Origin: Acidimicrobiia bacterium
GTDB taxonomy: Bacteria > Actinomycetota > Acidimicrobiia > Spongiisociales > ZC4RG35
Direction of reading: 5' to 3'
Assembly: GCA_965215185.1 (NCBI GenBank)
Contig: OZ244034.1
Location: 2,720,001 to 2,784,000 of the forward strand
Length of the DNA: 64,000 nucleotides
The position numbers and the translations under genes are program-made. The notes under the pieces were generated by a model. It was not told where the DNA came from and made no database searches. It saw only the letters and a program-made list of their open reading frames with translations. Positions 50,629 through 59,108 of the stretch are shown in pieces. The first letter of the stretch is position 1; the number at the start of each line of letters is the position of its first letter.

Positions 50629-51555
50629 ATGGCGACCATCGCCTATCCCCCCATCCCGATTTGGGAAGTCGGACCCTTGCGGTTCTCGTTGCACGGCCTT
50701 TTTGCCGCCGTGGGTTTCTTCGTGGGCTTTTGGGCGGTGGCCCGTATGTTGGAGAAGAGGGGTTTTGACCCGGCTGGCTTCCACTCTTTGGCGGTTTGGG
50801 TATTGCTGGGCGGCCTCTTGGGTGCCCGACTTCTAACTGCTCCTGCCGCTTTGCTGGATGGCGCTGGCTGGGCGGCCCTCAACCCAGTAGTCGGCAACTA
50901 TTCGATAATGGGTGGATTCCTGGGCGGAATTGTGGTGGGAGTGTGGCGGATGCGGCGATTGGAATTGCCGACCCTTCCCATTTTGGATCTGGCTTCATTC
51001 GGATTGGCATGGGGAACGGTGGTGGGAAGGATCGGTGACTTGGCCATAGTCGAGCACCTGGGTCGGGCCACCGAGGTGGCGTGGGGATACGAGGTGCGGC
51101 CCGGCTACGACTTGGCCCCCCAGCACAACGGGTTGGAATGCACCCTCCTTGAGGCCGGACCGGATGGGATCTGCGGGGTTTACCACCATGTAGCCCTATA
51201 CGGCATGCTGGCCGCCGGGGCGTTGCTGGTTGTGTTATGGCTGATCCAACGGCGGGCGCCACTGCGATATGGACAACTCTTTTCGATCTGGGTGGTGTGG
51301 TATGGCCTGCAGAGGTTTGCGTTGGACTCTCTTCGGTTCGGGATGGGAGACGCCACCCTGGGGGGATTCACGTGGAATCAGGTGAGCGCCCTGGGTGGAT
51401 CGGTGTTGGGGGTGACGCTCCTGTGGTGGTTTGGAAGACACCGGCCAATGGTTTCATCCGAAGCTGATGAGAGCTTAGGAGCAACTTGGGCGATGGCCTC
51501 CGGCGAGGATGCATCAGCAGGCGGCCATTTGCAAGAGCCGCCCACTGGACAGTAA
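50629..51555 (+). CDS. lgt: Prolipoprotein diacylglyceryl transferase
   Basis: HGLF, LGARL, SIMGG, GRIGD...EHLG, YGLQRFALDSLR, NQ. Confidence 0.85.
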   Translation: MATIAYPPIPIWEVGPLRFSLHGLFAAVGFFVGFWAVARMLEKRGFDPAGFHSLAVWVLLGGLLGARLLTAPAALLDGAGWAALNPVVGNYSIMGGFLGGIVVGVWRMRRLELPTLPILDLASFGLAWGTVVGRIGDLAIVEHLGRATEVAWGYEVRPGYDLAPQHNGLECTLLEAGPDGICGVYHHVALYGMLAAGALLVVLWLIQRRAPLRYGQLFSIWVVWYGLQRFALDSLRFGMGDATLGGFTWNQVSALGGSVLGVTLLWWFGRHRPMVSSEADESLGATWAMASGEDASAGGHLQEPPTGQ

Positions 51556-51558
51556 TAT
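51529..51558 (+). promoter_or_regulatory. Housekeeping-sigma promoter for the leader transcript
   Basis: TTGCAA-N18-TAATAT, with ATG 7 nt downstream (leaderless geometry). Confidence 0.6.
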
Positions 51559-51565
51559 TGCTCCG

Positions 51566-51628
51566 ATGTTGGTAGAAGAGTTCGATCGCTATTTCGTCTT
51601 TACCGGGCCCCGGCTCCGGGAGGCATAG
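51566..51628 (+). CDS. Phe/Tyr-rich attenuator leader peptide (20 aa)
   Basis: MLVEEFDRYFVFTGPRLREA: three Phe and one Tyr within codons 6-12, upstream of a chorismate mutase fusion gene. Confidence 0.75.
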   Translation: MLVEEFDRYFVFTGPRLREA

Positions 51629-51656
51629 CGCGGACCAACAACCGACGACTGACCTG

Positions 51657-51685
51657 ACCCGGAGCCCGGCTCCGGGTTTTCTTTT
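51657..51685 (+). terminator. Intrinsic terminator of the attenuator
   Basis: ACCCGGAGC-CCG-GCTCCGGGT followed by TTTCTTTT. The 5' arm can alternatively pair with GGCTCCGGG at 51612-51620. Confidence 0.85.
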
Positions 51686-51722
51686 GCCCGCAGCCGCCGG
51701 TTCCCAACAACACTAAAGAGGT

Positions 51723-52790
51723 GTGGAAGTGGAGAGACAAGCAACCAAGAAAAGCAGGTCACAGCGCACTGTGGTGCGGGTGGGGGACACCAGATTCGGA
51801 CGGGACCCGTTTCCGGTCATCGCCGGTCCCTGCGCGGTGGAGAGCGAAGAGCAGATCAACACCGTGGCAGAGGCAGTGGCCGAGAATGGAGGTTCCATTC
51901 TGCGAGCCGCGGCCTACCGCTCGGGTAACTCTCCCTATAACTTCAAGGGCTTAAAGCTGGAGGGAGCAAAACTGCTGGCGGCTGCTGGAAAACGGGTGGA
52001 TTTGCCGGTGGCAATGCCCATCATGGAGGAGCGCGACCTGGAAGAGTCAGGCGATTTGGTGGATATTCTGGAGATCCACCATGGGTCTATGCAGAATTTC
52101 GAGTTGTTGCGCGTCGCTGGTCGTTCCCAAAAGCCTGTGATGCTTAGACGCGGCCCATCGGCGACCATTGACGAGTTTCTGTGGTCGGTGGAATACCTGA
52201 TGGCTGAGGGAAACGATCAGATCATCCTGGTCGAGCGGGGCATCCGTACCTTTGGAACCGGCCATCGCGACACCTTGGACATCACCGCGGTCCCCCATCT
52301 GAAAGAGGTGTCACATCTCCCGGTGCTGATTGATCCCAGTCACGCCTCTGGTGGGGCGGCGCGGGTGCCGCCTTTGGCCCTGGCTGCCCAAGGGGTGGGC
52401 TCGGATGGGCTGATCGTGGAGGTCCACCCTCAGCCGGAAGCCGCCAAAACCGAAGGACCCCGCCAATTGTCTCTCACCGAGTTCGCCGAATTGATGGTAC
52501 AATTGGGCATTAGTCGGCTTCGTTCCGGCATCGATCTGGTGGATCGGGAAATCGTCAGGCTTTTGGCCCGCAGGCGACAGCTATCCCAGGAGATCGGCCG
52601 CGCCAAGGCCGACCGTGGCTGGCCTGTGAAGAGTCACCACCGGGAGGTGGAATTGTTGGAGGCGGTGCGGGAAGAGGCCATTGTTAACCAACTCGACCCG
52701 GATCTGATAGAGAGATTGTTCAACCTGGTGCTGGAGGGTTCCCGCCGGGCTCAAAGAGATATGCGCATTGATCCGGAGGAAGGAAGGTAA
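51723..52790 (+). CDS. Type I-beta DAHP synthase-like domain (degenerate active site) fused to a C-terminal AroQ chorismate mutase
   Basis: IAGPC.VES, ERGIRTF, DPSH, IVEVHP; C-terminal LRSGIDLVDREIVRLLARR...IGRAK...RE...SRRAQ. Confidence 0.9.
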   Translation: MEVERQATKKSRSQRTVVRVGDTRFGRDPFPVIAGPCAVESEEQINTVAEAVAENGGSILRAAAYRSGNSPYNFKGLKLEGAKLLAAAGKRVDLPVAMPIMEERDLEESGDLVDILEIHHGSMQNFELLRVAGRSQKPVMLRRGPSATIDEFLWSVEYLMAEGNDQIILVERGIRTFGTGHRDTLDITAVPHLKEVSHLPVLIDPSHASGGAARVPPLALAAQGVGSDGLIVEVHPQPEAAKTEGPRQLSLTEFAELMVQLGISRLRSGIDLVDREIVRLLARRRQLSQEIGRAKADRGWPVKSHHREVELLEAVREEAIVNQLDPDLIERLFNLVLEGSRRAQRDMRIDPEEGR

Positions 52791-52860
52791 GGCTCTTTTA
52801 CTGACCGCCCCGCTCGGCTAGCATCTTTGCGAAGTAGGCTTCGGATGCCGCCGAAGACCG

Positions 52861-52933
52861 GGCCCCGTCGTCCAGCGGCCTAGGACGTCGGCCTTTCAAG
52901 CCGGTAACGCGGGTTCGAATCCCGTCGGGGCTA
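52861..52933 (+). tRNA. tRNA-Glu (TTC)
   Basis: Cloverleaf with acceptor GGCCCCG/CGGGGCT, anticodon loop CTTTCAA, T-loop GGTTCGAATCC. No encoded CCA. Confidence 0.96.
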
Positions 52934-52954
52934 CTCTCTACGCAGTTGAGATAC

Positions 52955-53494
52955 ATGTCGGTACAGCTATACAACCGCTTTTTGTCGTTGCTGGTCCTTA
53001 TGGCCCTGGCGGCTGTGGTGGCCTTGGCGTTTCGTCCGGTGAGGCGTGCCGCAGTTGGTATGGGTCTGGGCGGGTCTTGGAAGTGGCCAGCGTTTGCGGT
53101 GGCTGCCCTGGCCACGGCGGGCAGCCTTATCTTCTCGGAAGTGATCGGCTATGAACCCTGTGAATTGTGTTGGTACCAGCGTATCGCCATGTATCCCATG
53201 GTGGTGATCTTCGGCGTGGATGTGCTGGGTGGGCAGTCCCGAACCCGCCGGTACGCTCTGCCGCTGGCAGTGGTGGGGTTTGGCATCAGCGTTTATCACT
53301 ATCTGGTCCAGGCTTTTCCCGCCGCCGGCGGAGGGGTGTGCGGCGCCGGGGTCTCATGCTCGGCCCGCTATGTGGAGGAATTCGGTTTTGTCTCCGTTCC
53401 CTTTATGGCCGGGGCGGCATTTGCCCTGATCATCGCTATCCTCCTGGCTTTCGGGCGACCGGTGATGACAGGAGTGCAGGCTGATGACGGCTAG
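52955..53494 (+). CDS. dsbB: Disulfide bond formation protein B (BdbC-like)
   Basis: PCELCWYQR, YH, second Cys pair, FGFVSVP. Confidence 0.92.
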   Translation: MSVQLYNRFLSLLVLMALAAVVALAFRPVRRAAVGMGLGGSWKWPAFAVAALATAGSLIFSEVIGYEPCELCWYQRIAMYPMVVIFGVDVLGGQSRTRRYALPLAVVGFGISVYHYLVQAFPAAGGGVCGAGVSCSARYVEEFGFVSVPFMAGAAFALIIAILLAFGRPVMTGVQADDG

Positions 53495-54155
53495 GAGCCA
53501 AAAGGCCAAGAGTCAAAGAAAGTGGGTTGTCATTGGGGGCGTGGCGGGGGCGGTGCTCATCGCCGGACTGGTAGCGGTGACCACCGTGAACAGCACCGCA
53601 CCGGACCCGGTACAGGTCACCGTGACCGGGGAACCTATCCCGATTCTTTCCAGCAATGTTCCGTTGGGCCAGGACATTGCCTTTGGCTGGGATTCTCCCA
53701 CTCTCAGTGGGTCGGACTGGAATGGCAATCCTGTGACCATCGATCCGAGCGACGGGCGTGCCAAATTGATCGTGTTCCTGGCGCATTGGTGTTCCCACTG
53801 TCAGGCAGAGGTACCCGAGGTACAGGCGTGGCTCAACCAGACCGGCGGGAACCCCGCCGTGGATATCTACGGAGTAGCCACTTCCATAGACCGCTCCCGT
53901 CCCAACTGGCCGCCCGGGGACTGGCTGGAAAGGGAGGGATGGACGTCGCCCACCGTGGTTGACAAGAACAACAAAGCAGCGACGACTTTTGGTTTGTCGG
54001 CCTTTCCCTATTGGGTGGTGGTGAACCCCGAAGGCAAGGTGGTGTACCGAATAGCAGCGGGTATCGGCATGGAGGGGATGCTTAACCTGCAGCAGTTGGC
54101 CACCCAGAGCATGGAAGATTTGGAAGCTTTCATCTCTCAGAGCCAGCAGAGCTGA
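53484..54155 (+). CDS. Membrane-anchored TlpA/thioredoxin-like disulfide oxidoreductase
   Basis: N-terminal TM, AHWCSHC, cis-Pro motif AFP. Confidence 0.88.
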   Translation: MTARSQKAKSQRKWVVIGGVAGAVLIAGLVAVTTVNSTAPDPVQVTVTGEPIPILSSNVPLGQDIAFGWDSPTLSGSDWNGNPVTIDPSDGRAKLIVFLAHWCSHCQAEVPEVQAWLNQTGGNPAVDIYGVATSIDRSRPNWPPGDWLEREGWTSPTVVDKNNKAATTFGLSAFPYWVVVNPEGKVVYRIAAGIGMEGMLNLQQLATQSMEDLEAFISQSQQS

Positions 54156-54183
54156 TTCCGAGTTCTCGATCCGGCCGCGCTCC

Positions 54184-54630
54184 TTAGCGTTGGTCGTCGA
54201 GGCTCTTGATCTTGGCCAGCCGCCGAAGGTATGAGTTCTTCCGAATCAGGTGGGCGTCCAGATAGGTCTTGACCAGTTCTTCGGCCAAGGCGGGGCCGAT
54301 CACCCTGCTGCCCAGGCACAGCAGGTTCATGTCGTCATGTTCAACCCCTTGTCGGGCCGAATAGGTGTCGTGGGCGATCGAAGCCCGTATTCCTTTCACC
54401 TTGTTTGCTGTCATGGACGCGCCCACCCCCGAGCCGCAGATCATGATCCCCCGATCGGCCCTTCCGTCCACCACCGCGTGTGCCACCGCCACCGTGTAGT
54501 CGGGGTAGTCAACCGACTCGGTGTTATGGGTTCCCAGATCGAAGACGGTGTGCCCCTGGCTGGTTAGGAAGCCAGTGAGTTGTTGCTTCAGGGGAAAACC
54601 TGCATGATCTGCGCCGATGGCCACTCTCAT
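54184..54630 (-). CDS. rpiB: Ribose-5-phosphate isomerase B
   Basis: GADHAG, DYPD, CGSGVG, ANKVKGIRA. Confidence 0.95.
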   Translation of the reverse strand: MRVAIGADHAGFPLKQQLTGFLTSQGHTVFDLGTHNTESVDYPDYTVAVAHAVVDGRADRGIMICGSGVGASMTANKVKGIRASIAHDTYSARQGVEHDDMNLLCLGSRVIGPALAEELVKTYLDAHLIRKNSYLRRLAKIKSLDDQR

Positions 54631-54751
54631 TTATCTCTCCTGTCGAGGACCCTGAAGCGAAAGGCTAACGGCCGAAAGAGCTATTTCATCGGAATGCTGC
54701 GGTGTCTGAAGGTTATTCCGTTTCCAGGGCACGGTTCGTACAATCAGGAAG

Positions 54752-56041
54752 GTGGGAAGCGAGATAGTAATAGAGGGCGGAGTTGCCCTGCGGGGAACGG
54801 TGGGGATGGTGGGGGCCAAGAACTCAGTATTGCAGCAGATGATCAGCACGCTGCTTTGTTCGGGGTGGCACCGGCTCTCCAATGTCCCCGATATCGCCGA
54901 TGTGCGGGCCCTGATGATGGTCCTGGAGCACTTGGGTGTGAAGTGCGATCTGACCGGAAAAGAACTGGCCATGGTGGTTCCCGAGCGGATAAGTGTGGAA
55001 GCACCCTTGGAGTTGGTCCGTACCATGCGGGCTTCCATCTTGCTGCTCGGTCCCCTGTTGACCCGATTTGGTGAGGCGCAAATCCCTCTGCCGGGAGGGG
55101 ACGACTTGGGCGCCCGACCGGTCGATATCCATCTGAATGGTCTGCGGAAAATGGGCGCTGAGTTGGAGTTGGTACACGGGGTACTGGTAGGAAAGGCGCC
55201 GCGGGGTCTTACCGGAACCGAGTTGAAGTTGCCTTTCCCGAGTGTCGGCGCCACTCAGAACCTATTGATGGCGGCGGTGATGGCGAAAGGGGAGTCGGCC
55301 ATTTTGAATGCGGCCCGTGAACCGGAGATCATCGACTTGGGCCGCCAGTTGGAAAAAATGGGCGCTCGACTTAGGGGAGTGGGAAGTCCGATAATCCGGA
55401 TCGAGGGCACGAGGGGATTGCGCCCGGCGGCCCATCGGGTACTGTCCGATCGGATTGCAGCCGGTACCTACGCCATGGCGGCGGCTATCACCGGCGGTGA
55501 GGTGACCATCACCGGATGCGAGCCCGCCCATCTTCGCATGGAACTCGCCAAGCTGGAAGCAGCCGGCTGCGAGGTCGAAAAAGGTGAGGGTTGGCTGAGG
55601 CTGGGCGGACCGGATCGTCCCCGGGCAGTGGATTTCGCCACCCTTCCCTATCCGGGTTTTCACACCGATCTTCACCCCCAGATGGTGGCTGTTCTGTCGG
55701 TTGCCGAGGGCACCTCGGTGATCACCGAGAACCTATACGACGGAAGGTTTCGGTATGTGGGGGAGTTGGCTCGTATGGGCGCAGACATCTATACCGAGTG
55801 GGGGCACGCGGTGGTGCGAGGGGTGCCGCGGCTGTCGGGCTGTCCGGTGATGGCCACCGACATCCGGGCCGGGGCGGCGCTGGTCATCGCGGGACTGGCA
55901 GCCGACGGGGTAACTTCCATAAGTGGCGTAGGGCACATTGATCGGGGGTATGCCGATATGGTGGGCGTTATGTCGGGTTTGGGGGCCCGGATCGAGAGAA
56001 GAGACTCCGACGGTGGCGGCCAGCGGGTATTTGCATGGTGA
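54752..56041 (+). CDS. murA: UDP-N-acetylglucosamine 1-carboxyvinyltransferase
   Basis: GAKNS, MRASI, PGGDDLGARP, SVGAT, AREPE, PGFHTD, DIRAG. Confidence 0.96.
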   Translation: MGSEIVIEGGVALRGTVGMVGAKNSVLQQMISTLLCSGWHRLSNVPDIADVRALMMVLEHLGVKCDLTGKELAMVVPERISVEAPLELVRTMRASILLLGPLLTRFGEAQIPLPGGDDLGARPVDIHLNGLRKMGAELELVHGVLVGKAPRGLTGTELKLPFPSVGATQNLLMAAVMAKGESAILNAAREPEIIDLGRQLEKMGARLRGVGSPIIRIEGTRGLRPAAHRVLSDRIAAGTYAMAAAITGGEVTITGCEPAHLRMELAKLEAAGCEVEKGEGWLRLGGPDRPRAVDFATLPYPGFHTDLHPQMVAVLSVAEGTSVITENLYDGRFRYVGELARMGADIYTEWGHAVVRGVPRLSGCPVMATDIRAGAALVIAGLAADGVTSISGVGHIDRGYADMVGVMSGLGARIERRDSDGGGQRVFAW

Positions 56042-56092
56042 CTTGCGGAATGATCCGCCTACGATTCGGGTTACCTTAATGAAGAGGCACAG

Positions 56093-56383
56093 ATGACCGA
56101 GACACTTTTAGAACTCCCCAAACGCTCCACCAATCCGGGAAAGGGGTCACTCCCCGAGGTGGATTTGAATGTGCTTCAAGCAGCACTTGACTACATTCGC
56201 CCGGCGGTGCAGATGGACGGTGGCGATCTGATCTTGCTGGGAGTTGAAGAGGGAGCGGTGAGAATCCAGATGGTGGGGGCATGCGGGGGATGCCCGTTGT
56301 CGATGATGACCCTCAAGGCGGGGATTGAGCGGATCCTCAAGGCCAAGGTGCCGGGAGTGGTCTCGGTCGAAGCTGAGGGATAG
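56093..56383 (+). CDS. NifU/Nfu-like Fe-S carrier
   Basis: IRPAVQMDGGD...GACGGCP...TLKAGIE. Confidence 0.92.
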   Translation: MTETLLELPKRSTNPGKGSLPEVDLNVLQAALDYIRPAVQMDGGDLILLGVEEGAVRIQMVGACGGCPLSMMTLKAGIERILKAKVPGVVSVEAEG

Positions 56384-56400
56384 GCGGCGATCGGGTTTTA

Positions 56401-57180
56401 GTGGGCAGTCATCGCCCGGAACTTGCCCGTCTGCTGGACGATCTTCGCGGCGGAGACCGTCGCGCCTTGGCCAGGTCAATAACCCTGGTGGAAAACAACC
56501 TCCCAGCCGACCCCCGGTTAGGCGAAATGTGGGCGTCGGACCTAACCGGCGGCCGGACTGCGCGGCTGGTGGGAGTTACCGGCCCTCCGGGCGCGGGGAA
56601 GAGCACCTTGGTTTCAGCCCTGGTTGACTGCATTCGTGACGCCGGCTTGACGGTGGGGGTGGTGGCTGTCGATCCGGCCAGCCCGCTCACCGGAGGCGCC
56701 ATGTTGGGGGATCGCATCCGCATGCAGACGCACTTCACCGATCCTGGCGTATTCATCCGGTCCATGTCCACCCGCGGTCATCTGGGAGGAGTGGCCAAAG
56801 CCACCCAAGCGGTCACCGATTTGCTGTGCCTGGCCGGATTCGATGTGGTGCTGGTGGAGACGGTGGGAGTGGGACAGTCGGAAGTGGAGGTAATGAGAGT
56901 CACTCCAACTGTGGTGGTGGTGGTCAATCCCGGCATGGGGGACTCAGTGCAGGCCGACAAGGCCGGTTTGTTCGAGATCGGAGGAGTGTTTTGCGTCAAC
57001 AAGGCCGATCAGGAGGGAGCCGACCGGGCGGTACGGGTGCTCCGCCAGATGATCTCGCTCGGTTACCGGCCTGGTCCCGCTCCCCAAGTGCTCACCACTG
57101 TCGCCACCGAAGGTAAGGGGATCCCTCAACTATGGGAAGCCATCCTCAACCACGGCGACAGCGTCCTGGCCAGGGAGTGA
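56401..57180 (+). CDS. meaB: Methylmalonyl-CoA mutase-associated GTPase
   Basis: GPPGAGKST, DP.SP..GGA.LGDRIRM, ETVGVGQSE, NKAD. Confidence 0.92.
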   Translation: MGSHRPELARLLDDLRGGDRRALARSITLVENNLPADPRLGEMWASDLTGGRTARLVGVTGPPGAGKSTLVSALVDCIRDAGLTVGVVAVDPASPLTGGAMLGDRIRMQTHFTDPGVFIRSMSTRGHLGGVAKATQAVTDLLCLAGFDVVLVETVGVGQSEVEVMRVTPTVVVVVNPGMGDSVQADKAGLFEIGGVFCVNKADQEGADRAVRVLRQMISLGYRPGPAPQVLTTVATEGKGIPQLWEAILNHGDSVLARE

Positions 57181-57242
57181 CACCCAAGACGCTAGCTCAG
57201 CGGACTCGGTGAGCCAGTGGCGTGTCCGGCCGTGCCCCAGGC

Positions 57243-58199
57243 TCATCGCCACACTGCGATGGTGACAGCCAGGATCAGCGCCACTCCCATCTGCAGCCGA
57301 GAGGTGGATTTGAGAACCTTGATCAAGTCGGGTCCCTCGGCGCCGCTCAGCACTAGGCGTACCGGGCCTGCGGCGAATGGCGCCAAACCCAATGTAGCCA
57401 GAGTGGCGGGTGGCGTGATCCCCGCCACCGCGGAGACCACCACCACTACCAGTGACACCCCCATCAGGATGACGTAAAACAGTCTGGAACGGGCCGCGCC
57501 CATTATCACGGCCAAGGTCCGTTTCCCGACCGCTCCATCCGTTTGTATGTCTCTTAGGTTGTTGGCCACCAGGATCGCGGAAGCCAGGGTCCCCATCGGG
57601 ATGGCCAACGCCCAGGCGCTGACGGGAGCGGTCATGTCGTGGACGAATCGAGTTCCTACCGTGGCGACCAGCCCGAAGAAAATGAAAACGAATAGCTCGC
57701 CGATGCCCCGATATCCGTATGGCCAGGGTCCCCCCACGTAGGTGAGCATGGCTACCACCGATAGGACGCCCACCCAGACCAAGACCCACCCGGCGATGAA
57801 GACCAGATACAACCCTGCCGCCAGCGCCACCGATACCGCCACCCAGGCCGCCGTCCACATCTGACGAGGGGAAATCACCCCTTTGGCCACCATCCGGGGC
57901 GGCCCGATCCTATCTGGAGTGTCGGCGGCGCGGGCCGCGTCGGAGACGTCGTTGGCGAAATTGGCCGCCACCTGAATGGCAAGTCCAACGATGAGCGTCA
58001 TCCAGAAGGCATCCCATCGGAACACTCCTTCTCCGATGGCCAGTCCGGTTCCCACCGTGACCGGGGCCACCGAGGCCCACAGTGTGTGTGGCCGGGCGGC
58101 GATCTTCCAGGCCTGGAAACGGGTGATTCTGGGAGAGGAGTTACTAATAGTGCCAGGGAAAATTATCGAACCGGGGACGGCGCTTTTCCAAGAAGGCAT
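57243..58199 (-). CDS. menA: 1,4-dihydroxy-2-naphthoate polyprenyltransferase
   Basis: AARPHTL, NFANDVSD, NNLRDIQTD..VGKRTLAV. Start uncertain (ATG 58199 inside menB, or non-canonical). Confidence 0.9.
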   Translation of the reverse strand: MPSWKSAVPGSIIFPGTISNSSPRITRFQAWKIAARPHTLWASVAPVTVGTGLAIGEGVFRWDAFWMTLIVGLAIQVAANFANDVSDAARAADTPDRIGPPRMVAKGVISPRQMWTAAWVAVSVALAAGLYLVFIAGWVLVWVGVLSVVAMLTYVGGPWPYGYRGIGELFVFIFFGLVATVGTRFVHDMTAPVSAWALAIPMGTLASAILVANNLRDIQTDGAVGKRTLAVIMGAARSRLFYVILMGVSLVVVVVSAVAGITPPATLATLGLAPFAAGPVRLVLSGAEGPDLIKVLKSTSRLQMGVALILAVTIAVWR

Positions 58200-59043
58200 C
58201 GCGGCCCTCGGCGGCCTCATCGGTGCCGTAGGCCAATCGGGTGGCTTCCCCGGCGAAGATCTGCTGTCCCACCAGGCCGTCATCCACCAGATTGAAGGCG
58301 AATTTGAGCATCCGCTGGGCGGTGGGACTTTTGGAGGTGATAATCTGCGCCCATTCCAGCGCCACATTTTCCAACTGGTCATGAGGGACCACCTCGTTCA
58401 CCATCCCCATCTGCTTGGCTTCTTCGGCCCGGTAGTCCAAGCCCAGAAAGAAGAGTTCGCGGGCTCGCTTCTGGCCGATCATTCTCGCCAGATAAGCTGA
58501 CCCGTAACCGGCGTCGAAGCTGGCCACATCGGGATCGGTTTGTTTGAAGATGGCGTGCTCTCCACAGGCCAAAGTAAGGTCGCACACCACATGAAGGCTG
58601 TGACCACCGCCCACTGCCCACCCGGGGACTACCGCCATTACCACCTTGGGCATGAACCGGATGATGCGCTGCGCCTCCAGGATGTGAAGTCTCCCCAGAC
58701 GAGCCGGATCAACGGATGGTCCATCGACGCCGTCGGCGTATTTGTATCCGTCCCTGCCCCGGATCCGCTGGTCACCGCCCGAGCAGAACGCCCATCCTCC
58801 GTCGCGGGGAGAGGGTCCGTTCCCGGTGAGAATCACACACCCGATCCGGCTCCACTGCCGGGCATGTTCCAAGGCGGTGATCAACTCGTCGACCGTATGG
58901 GGCCGGAAGGCGTTCCGTACCCGGGGACGATCAAAGGCGATCCGAACCGCCCCCACCCCCACAGCCCGATGGTAAGTAATGTCGGTAAAGGAAAAGTCCG
59001 GTACCATTTCCCAGGCAGAGGGGTCAAAGTGCTCCGAAACCAC
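58144..59043 (-). CDS. menB: 1,4-dihydroxy-2-naphthoyl-CoA synthase
   Basis: RNAFRP, AFCSGGDQ, GWAVGGGHSL, SFDAGYG. Start GTG 59043 or ATG 59088. Confidence 0.96.
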   Translation of the reverse strand: MVSEHFDPSAWEMVPDFSFTDITYHRAVGVGAVRIAFDRPRVRNAFRPHTVDELITALEHARQWSRIGCVILTGNGPSPRDGGWAFCSGGDQRIRGRDGYKYADGVDGPSVDPARLGRLHILEAQRIIRFMPKVVMAVVPGWAVGGGHSLHVVCDLTLACGEHAIFKQTDPDVASFDAGYGSAYLARMIGQKRARELFFLGLDYRAEEAKQMGMVNEVVPHDQLENVALEWAQIITSKSPTAQRMLKFAFNLVDDGLVGQQIFAGEATRLAYGTDEAAEGRDAFLEKRRPRFDNFPWHY

Positions 59044-59108
59044 GTCAAGAACGAGATTACTTCGCAAACAGGCCTGCGATAAACTCATAGCAACCCAGGA
59101 GAGCCACC

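Noticed and set aside
52861-52960. tRNA-Glu as an island integration site
   Set aside because: No integrase and no duplicated tRNA 3' end seen; the flanking genes are housekeeping.
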